Below, in pieces: positions 52,665 to 58,307 of a DNA stretch of 58,307 nucleotides. The stretch covers positions 1 to 58,307 of the forward strand of contig JAHLMS010000002.1 in NCBI GenBank assembly GCA_018920245.1, written 5' to 3'. Each line of letters begins with the position of its first letter. Position 1 is the stretch's first letter. A program made the translations under genes and the position numbers. This DNA is from Candidatus Aenigmatarchaeota archaeon (GTDB lineage Archaea > Aenigmatarchaeota > Aenigmatarchaeia > Aenigmatarchaeales > JAHLMS01). The notes under the pieces are model-generated. The model made no database searches. It was not told the DNA's origin and saw nothing but the letters and a program-made list of their open reading frames with translations.

Positions 52665-52915
52665 ATTTCTAAGAGAAATTTACCTAAACTATTATTTAAA
52701 CCTATCCTAGCCGTTGTATAATATATTTTTTGTTGTGTGTCTTATAAAATATATTGTTTATAATATAATTTATACTAAATTGTTTATGTTACATGTTACA
52801 ATTAATAACTTTTATAATCTATATTTTATAAATTATATTATAATAAAGACGTTTTAAAACCCTCACAAACCCAGACTTCACAAAACAATTTAAGCCCGAG
52901 GACGTAAGTGATATC

Positions 52916-53125
52916 ATGGATATGCCATTATCTCCGGTGGAACGCATACTAAAAAGGTCTTCTATGCGTGTGAGCGACGACGCTGTTAAGGAATTTGCCA
53001 GCCTACTTGAAGAAATAGCCGCTGACATCGCGGCAGAAGCTGCTGCAAACGCGAAAAGGGCCAATCGGAAGACGGTGAACGTGTCGGATATAGAAGCGGC
53101 GAAGCGAAAACTGCTACAATTGTGA
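52916..53125 (+). CDS. archaeal histone (HMf family)
   Basis: 69 aa. The histone fold is PLSPVERILKRSSMRVSDDAVKEFASLLEEIAADIAAEAAANAKRANRKTVNVSDIEAA. Confidence 0.88.
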   Translation: MDMPLSPVERILKRSSMRVSDDAVKEFASLLEEIAADIAAEAAANAKRANRKTVNVSDIEAAKRKLLQL

Positions 53126-53220
53126 AATTTTCTTGAACAGACCATCATTTTCTCGTGTAGATTTTTCCTACTTAGGTGGTCAGAAAAGCATAAATCTTTA
53201 GGCATTCACTATATGCTCAC

Positions 53221-54249
53221 GTGATTTGTGTGGAGGCTGACGCTATTTTGCAAAAAATAATTGCAACTACTGGAATGTCCAACGAGGATCTGGAGCACCG
53301 CATAGCAGAAAAGCAACGTGAACTCTCCGGACTCGTGAGCAGGGAAGGCGCGGCCTACATAATCGCGAAGGAACTGGGCTTGGAGCTGTTCGAGAAGACA
53401 AAGCGCAGACTTGAAATAAAATCTATAGTGCCGGGCCTGAAAAACGTCACGCTCACAGCCAGGCTCTTACGAATATTCGAAGCGCGCCAATTTGAACGCA
53501 ATGGTCAGAAATCGTCTGTGGCGAACATAATTTTAGGTGATGAGACTGGAATTGTGAGACTTTCCCTTTGGGACCAACAGCTCGAGCTATTAAAGCAGCT
53601 GCAGCCTGGGTTGGCTGTGGAGATCTTTGGCGCATACACAAAGGATGACGGTCGTGGCGGCACAGAAATAAGGCTTAGCAAACGCGGTGGGATAAAGGTC
53701 TTGGCTCAGAGCGACCTACCAACTATAGACAAAATTAAGGCTGTAACAACTGAGACGCCACATAGGGTGGAACTTTCAAGTGTCAAAGAGGGCGGTTTGT
53801 TCGAGGTTCGCGCAGCCGTTGTACAGCTTTTTGACAGCAATGCGTTCTACGAGATCTGTCCAAAGTGCTCGGCGCGGGTGAGGAAGGAAACTGTCGCGGA
53901 AGGACCTAGGCAATATATGGTCTTCAAATGTATCCAGCACGGTGAGGTCCAGCCCACACAGGCGATTGTGCTCTCAGGTGTAATAGACGACGGAACAGCA
54001 AACATTCGCGCAGTCTGGTTCAGGGACGCGGCACTTGAATTGATTGGAATGCCACTCGAGGTTGCTATACAAAAGAAGGACCATCTCCTGGAAAGTATAG
54101 ATGTGCTTGGTAAGGAGTTCATAATGACAGGTCGCGTAAAGCGGAACAAGATGTTTGATCGCCTTGAGTTTATAGTTAACAGCGTCAAGCCTGTGGAACT
54201 GAAAAAAGAATCTGAGGCGCTGATAAACGAATTGAAGCGTGGCTCCTGA
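53221..54249 (+). CDS. replication protein A (ssDNA-binding, OB folds plus zinc ribbon)
   Basis: The OB-fold pattern is [43 protein letters not shown]. The zinc motif is CPKCSARV...CIQH. GTG start. Confidence 0.8.
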   Translation: MICVEADAILQKIIATTGMSNEDLEHRIAEKQRELSGLVSREGAAYIIAKELGLELFEKTKRRLEIKSIVPGLKNVTLTARLLRIFEARQFERNGQKSSVANIILGDETGIVRLSLWDQQLELLKQLQPGLAVEIFGAYTKDDGRGGTEIRLSKRGGIKVLAQSDLPTIDKIKAVTTETPHRVELSSVKEGGLFEVRAAVVQLFDSNAFYEICPKCSARVRKETVAEGPRQYMVFKCIQHGEVQPTQAIVLSGVIDDGTANIRAVWFRDAALELIGMPLEVAIQKKDHLLESIDVLGKEFIMTGRVKRNKMFDRLEFIVNSVKPVELKKESEALINELKRGS

Positions 54250-54289
54250 CAAGCATAAATATTTTGCGGTCAATTGTATAGTGACTTAT

Positions 54290-55261
54290 ATGGCTGAAAA
54301 AGAAAAAATTAAATCTGTCGCTGACCTACCTGGCGTCGGCGAGCGCATTGCGGAGAAACTGAACGATGCAGGTTATACTGATTTGATGGCCATTGCGGCA
54401 GCAAGTCCGAGCGAGCTGGCAGAAGCAGCTGAGCTAGGCGAGGCGACGGCTGCAAAGATAATTTCTGCTGCACGAGATGCATTAGACATGGGCTTTGAAA
54501 CAGCAACGAAGGTGCTTGAGAAGCGCTCGAGAATTGGACATATAACTACTGGGAGTAAGAACCTTGATAACCTTCTTGGTGGAAAAGGTATAGAAACCGG
54601 AGCGACAACAGAGTTTCATGGCGCATTCGGTTCGTCCAAGACTCAGGTAGCACACCAGCTGGCCGTCAATGTGCAACTGCCAATCGAAAGGGGCGGCCTT
54701 GAAGGCGCATGCCTGTATATTGATACCGAAGCAACATTCAGGCCAGAGCGAATAAAGCAAATGGCCGAAGCGCTTAAGCTGGACCCGAAAAAGGTCATGG
54801 AAAACATCTTCGTTGCGAGGGCGTACAATTCCGATCATCAGATGCTACTTGCAGAAAAAGCCTCGGAACTGGTGAAGAGCAAGAACGTCAAGCTTGTCAT
54901 TGTAGATTCTGTTACGGCACTTTTCCGTTCTGATTTCACCGGTAGGGGTGAGCTCGCATCAAGGCAACAGAAACTGAATCGACACCTTCATACATTGCAG
55001 AGGTTGGCAGACATATATAACATTGCCGTCTATGTCACTAACCAGGTCATGGCAAGGCCTGATATTTTATATGGCGATCCGACGGCACCGATAGGCGGCC
55101 ATATAATGGGTCATTTTTCAACTTATCGCGTATATGTGAGAAAATCAAAGGGTGACACACGAATAGGTAGAATGATAGACAGCCCGAACCTGCCAGAAGG
55201 TGAATGTGTATTCTGCATCAAGCCGGAAGGTGTGCGTGACCCGGAAGAGAAAGAAAAATAA
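54290..55261 (+). CDS. radA: DNA repair and recombination protein RadA
   Basis: The HhH is [12 protein letters not shown]. Walker A is GAFGSSKTQ and Walker B is LVIVDS. The ATG at 54290 is preceded by ataaatatttt 25-35 nt upstream. The track's GTG start is at 54239. Confidence 0.95.
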   Translation: MAEKEKIKSVADLPGVGERIAEKLNDAGYTDLMAIAAASPSELAEAAELGEATAAKIISAARDALDMGFETATKVLEKRSRIGHITTGSKNLDNLLGGKGIETGATTEFHGAFGSSKTQVAHQLAVNVQLPIERGGLEGACLYIDTEATFRPERIKQMAEALKLDPKKVMENIFVARAYNSDHQMLLAEKASELVKSKNVKLVIVDSVTALFRSDFTGRGELASRQQKLNRHLHTLQRLADIYNIAVYVTNQVMARPDILYGDPTAPIGGHIMGHFSTYRVYVRKSKGDTRIGRMIDSPNLPEGECVFCIKPEGVRDPEEKEK

Positions 55262-55346
55262 ATATCGAAAATTTGTAAAAGAGATGGCAAGGACCTTGCC
55301 TGCTGCCCTCCTTAAGAAAAAATAGCTAATGCCTCGCAGAAAGCAT

Positions 55347-55613
55347 TCAAATGATGTCCTTCTCGGCAATTATAATGAAGTCACCGACGGACTTGACTGC
55401 GCTGAAGGGTATCAACAGCCTGCCCTTGTCGTCCTCGCTGAGCCCGAGATCCTGAATACCCTTCGTGGGCTCGGTCACGACCAGGTTCATCAGCTCACCA
55501 GATTCTGTAATAAAGGCCACATCACCGACTATACCGAACTTGCGGCCGCTCTCCTCGCTGACTATGACTTTTCCGATTATATCCTTGCCACGCACTCGTT
55601 CACCATCAGCCAT
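55347..55613 (-). CDS. PRC-barrel domain protein
   Basis: 88 aa. The pattern is GKDIIGKVIVSEESGRKFGIVGDVAFITESGELMNLVV...LIPFSAV. Confidence 0.7.
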   Translation of the reverse strand: MADGERVRGKDIIGKVIVSEESGRKFGIVGDVAFITESGELMNLVVTEPTKGIQDLGLSEDDKGRLLIPFSAVKSVGDFIIIAEKDII

Positions 55614-55637
55614 ACCAGCACACCTCCAAAACGATGT

Positions 55638-56219
55638 CTATACTTCGGGCTTCGAATATTTATACTTTTGCATAAGCTTCTCGATAAGGGCAACCACAGC
55701 CTTCTCGAGCTGTTTTTTGGTTCCTCTATTGTCTATTCTGTAATCAGCCCTGCGCATGAGCTTTCCTAGGCCCCGCTTGAGTTCATCCCTGTCGCGGAAC
55801 CGTAAATATGCCTCGGACTCTTTCTTGCCAAACCTGCCGCGTTTGTGCTCGCGCGCATGTCGTATACGAAACGGTGCCGAAATGTTGATTATTACTGGTT
55901 TCTGGCCAGACAGCCTTTCTATTTCCTTAAGCTGAGATGGGGAACGGAGGCCCTCTATAACAACAATATCCTTACGCTTTTTTTTGACCTTGGCCCAGAT
56001 GCGCTGTGCAATCAGAATTTCGCGGCCTCCGGTGTGAAACCAGTGTGCGATGGCAGCGTCGGTTGTTGGGGAATATTTCAGGCCACGGGCACGCACTTCC
56101 TCACGGATTATATCTCCGCTATGAACCTCGGCAGCGTTAAATTTCTTTGCTATTATATCGGCGACTACAGTTTTACCGCTGCCTGGCATGCCGACAATAA
56201 GAAGCAGTAATTTTGGCAT
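55638..56219 (-). CDS. P-loop nucleotide kinase (UPF0200 / adenylate-kinase-like)
   Basis: IVGMPGSGKTVVADI, then SGDIIREEVRARGL and VVIEGLRS. Confidence 0.7.
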   Translation of the reverse strand: MPKLLLLIVGMPGSGKTVVADIIAKKFNAAEVHSGDIIREEVRARGLKYSPTTDAAIAHWFHTGGREILIAQRIWAKVKKKRKDIVVIEGLRSPSQLKEIERLSGQKPVIINISAPFRIRHAREHKRGRFGKKESEAYLRFRDRDELKRGLGKLMRRADYRIDNRGTKKQLEKAVVALIEKLMQKYKYSKPEV

Positions 56220-56312
56220 GATAATAATGTTGCGACCATAGATAAAATTGTGCTCTATGTCTTCTATTCCTTGTCATATTTGTTATTTATGAGTAGTTAA
56301 TTTAAAGTAAGG

Positions 56313-57392
56313 TTATGCTTTCACGAAAAGCGTTCTCACTTTTGGCGTCAGCGCGTACATAAAGGCCTTACCCTTAGACTCGCGCTGGACATAGCCTTCT
56401 AACATCAACCTGTGAAGAATGTTGTTTATCGATCGAATGGCATGGCCTTTGGAAGCATAGGAACCGCTAATCTGCTCGGCCAGGGCAGTTGGTGTAAGCC
56501 AATCAGTCTTTGCAAGTATTTCCAGGAGCTGCCTCTGCTTGCGGGGCAGGTTGGCTACCTGTAATTCTGACGGTGGTTTAGGTGCGAATGCTACTACAGG
56601 CTCCTCAAGCACAGGCGCTGGCTCAAATTCACGGTAATCAGCCAAGTTCTGTGCATCGATGACATTCTGGCCTTTCTCTATGGCATCATGTACGAGCTTA
56701 TCGGCCAGCTTGAGCACTTCGCGCGGAAAACCTCCCGTGCGTTGGTAAATCGCGGCGATCGCTGCATCTGTAAAAGGGGTCGTTCCAGAGCCACCTACTG
56801 CCTCTATACGCTTTCTCAGAAGATCTTTAGTCTCACTTTCCGAAAGCGCAGTCAGAGCAACCCTAGTTGTTATTCGCTGTTCAAAGGTCTCTAGGCTTGA
56901 TTTTATATTGGACTCTAAAGATGGTAAACCGGCAATTATCAGGCTGACGCTATCTATCTGGTCCACGAGCACGCGTAGCCATTCCAGCACATCTCGACTT
57001 GTTTCATGAGCCTCGTCTATAAGGAAAAGAAGGTGGGTACCCTTTAGCTTCTTGTTTATGTAGGTTGGCAATGTCCAGAGGGTCGGTGTTTTTCCAAAAA
57101 GCCTATCAAAAAAGCTTAGTCCGAAAATATCTGTGAAAATCTGGACGAATTCCTCTGGCTTGAGGGGAGGTTTGCTTATATAGAGCTTAGCTATGTTCGG
57201 GTTGTTCATTTCCAGCCATTTAAGTAATGTTGTCTTACCGCTGCCTGTGTTGCCGGTTACAAGGGCTATCTTGTGTTTATTCTCAATATGGCGGTTGATA
57301 GCCGAGACCTGTTCATCGTACCCTGTGAAGAGATTCGGCTCTATCTTTAATGTGAAAGGGTCCTCTTTCCATCCCCATTTTTCGATTCCCAT
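56313..57392 (-). CDS. divergent Orc1/Cdc6-like AAA+ ATPase with a C-terminal winged helix (candidate replication initiator)
   Basis: Walker A is VTGNTGSGKTTL and Walker B is LLFLIDEAHE. A sensor-like SLIIAG is present, as are the lid segments LSESETKDLLRKRIEA and GGFPREVLKL. The C-terminal wHTH is LTPTALAEQISG...NNILHRLMLEGYVQRE. The repeat array lies immediately upstream. Confidence 0.6.
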   Translation of the reverse strand: MGIEKWGWKEDPFTLKIEPNLFTGYDEQVSAINRHIENKHKIALVTGNTGSGKTTLLKWLEMNNPNIAKLYISKPPLKPEEFVQIFTDIFGLSFFDRLFGKTPTLWTLPTYINKKLKGTHLLFLIDEAHETSRDVLEWLRVLVDQIDSVSLIIAGLPSLESNIKSSLETFEQRITTRVALTALSESETKDLLRKRIEAVGGSGTTPFTDAAIAAIYQRTGGFPREVLKLADKLVHDAIEKGQNVIDAQNLADYREFEPAPVLEEPVVAFAPKPPSELQVANLPRKQRQLLEILAKTDWLTPTALAEQISGSYASKGHAIRSINNILHRLMLEGYVQRESKGKAFMYALTPKVRTLFVKA

Positions 57393-57394
57393 GA

Positions 57395-57865
57395 CATCAC
57401 ATGAACGTTCACTTTGCCTTCACAAGCACGTTCATATTCACGTGAACAAGTATTTAAGCTTTGTGAAGTTCACGTGAACATTATGTGAAGTTTAAAGTAT
57501 ATTTTTAAGGATATAAATGAACATTTCGTGAAGATGAGATGAACTTTCGGCATTTGTGAGAGTTGGAACAGAGAAAAACAAAGAAAATTGTATTACTTGT
57601 GCGGGTTTTTCAAATACCAAAAGTGTGTAAATTCATATGTTCACGCGATTGCGTGAACAAAACGTGAACATTTTTGTGAATATTCACGTTCACTTTATCT
57701 TCACGTTATGTTCACGTGAAGATGCGTGAAGTTCACGTGAACATATGTTCAATTGTTAATACAAAGTGGGACATAAGTGCGATGTTCACGTAATGTTCAC
57801 GTGAACATTACGTGAACATTTTCTAGCCACGTGAAGTTTTCGTGAACAAAAACGTGAACATTTTA
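57395..57865. other. putative chromosomal replication origin (ORB-like repeat clusters flanking an AT-rich spacer)
   Basis: Exact GTGAAC/GTTCAC hexamers start at 57407, 57442, 57468, 57474, 57639, 57653, 57664, 57688, 57710, 57731, 57737, 57784, 57795, 57801, 57812, 57842 and 57854. The 12-bp palindrome GTTCACGTGAAC occurs at 57468, 57731 and 57795. An AT-rich stretch spans about 57481-57635. Confidence 0.65.
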
Positions 57866-57958
57866 ACCTAAAACAAGCATGAAAAAGGCTCTCAATAATT
57901 ATTTATAACACTGTTATAATTTAAAATCTTTAAATAAAACCTACCACCAAAATAAACC

Positions 57959-58307
57959 ATGCGCACATTTATAGCCATCGAAATCCCGGCTGAACTTAAA
58001 CAGAAAATAGTTGCCATTCAGAAAAAGATAGCTGAAACTGGAGCAGACATAAAACTTGTTGAACCTGAGAACCTCCATTACAATCTTAAATTTCTAGGCG
58101 AAATAGATCAGAAGACTGCTGAAAAGGTCAAGAATGCCCTGTCAAATGTATCCTTTCCGGCGTTTGATATTCATATATCTTGTTTAGGAACCTTTCCTAG
58201 CCTCAGTCACATCCGTGTTGTCTGGCTAGGTGTCAAGGAAGGTAGCCAACAGCTTGCTGCTTTGGCAGCTACTATTGAAGAGGCTTTAGCAGGTATAGGC
58301 ATAGCAC
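57959..58307 (+). CDS. thpR: RNA 2',3'-cyclic phosphodiesterase (ThpR/LigT, 2H family); the C-terminus runs off the window
   Basis: My own translation gives MRTFIAIEIPAELKQKIVAIQKKIAETGADIKLVEPENLHYNLKFLGEID...FPSLSHIRVVWLGV, which is open to the end of the window. The first 2H motif is HYNL rather than HxT/Sx. Confidence 0.7.
   Translation, partial: MRTFIAIEIPAELKQKIVAIQKKIAETGADIKLVEPENLHYNLKFLGEIDQKTAEKVKNALSNVSFPAFDIHISCLGTFPSLSHIRVVWLGVKEGSQQLAALAATIEEALAGIGIA

Noticed and set aside
51360-57900. Idea that the shared TTCACGAA..CTCACTTTTGGCGT segments at 51.4 kb and 56.3 kb are att sites bounding an integrated element
   Set aside because: The interval encodes core single-copy functions (histone, RPA, RadA, nucleotide kinase). 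There is no integrase and the similarity covers only about 22 bases with an indel.

Overview
This is a densely coded archaeal chromosomal segment of about 75 genes with very short intergenic spacers and moderate GC by eye. The lineage is not determinable from the sequence alone. The small-genome look, the split tRNA endonuclease and the interrupted tRNAs are compatible with a DPANN-like or crenarchaeal-like archaeon.

Most of the window is recognisable core machinery:
- Chaperone and early block: thermosome, then NMD3 / aIF-1A / Rio1 / KH protein / Top6B / Top6A.
- tRNA processing: archaemetzincin followed by two tandem tRNA-splicing endonuclease paralogs.
- Six aminoacyl-tRNA synthetase genes (glyS, trpS, pheS, pheT, leuS, alaS).
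- The conserved ftsZ-secE-spt5-L11-L1-P0-P1 block.
- An 8-kb deoxyribonucleotide island: class II NrdJ, corrinoid adenosyltransferase, ferredoxin, class III NrdD/NrdG and three thioredoxin-fold genes.
- Histone, RPA and RadA.

Accessory or unusual content I can support:
1. A type IV pilus (Tad/Epd-like) operon at 3.4-10.4 kb with five pilin-like genes, one FlaI/PilB-type ATPase and a platform protein split into two genes.
2. Three tRNA genes, all interrupted and all encoding CCA. One is a tRNA-Arg(UCU) with three introns at 30/31, 37/38 and 59/60. It is hidden beneath the spurious N-terminus of a protease ORF and carries a duplicated anticodon-loop cassette.
3. A probable replication origin at 57.4-57.9 kb. 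It holds 17 exact GTGAAC/GTTCAC hexamers, including three GTTCACGTGAAC palindromes, flanking an AT-rich spacer. It lies directly upstream of a divergent Orc1/Cdc6-like AAA+/winged-helix gene.
4. A four-CBS protein fused to an HPF/RaiA-like ribosome-hibernation-type domain and coupled to a 44-aa zinc-ribbon ORF.
5. An insertion of roughly 90 aa inside the ATPase fold of Top6B.
6. An ATP-cone/Mrr-like nuclease gene beside the nrd genes.

No CRISPR array, rRNA gene or clear mobile element was seen.
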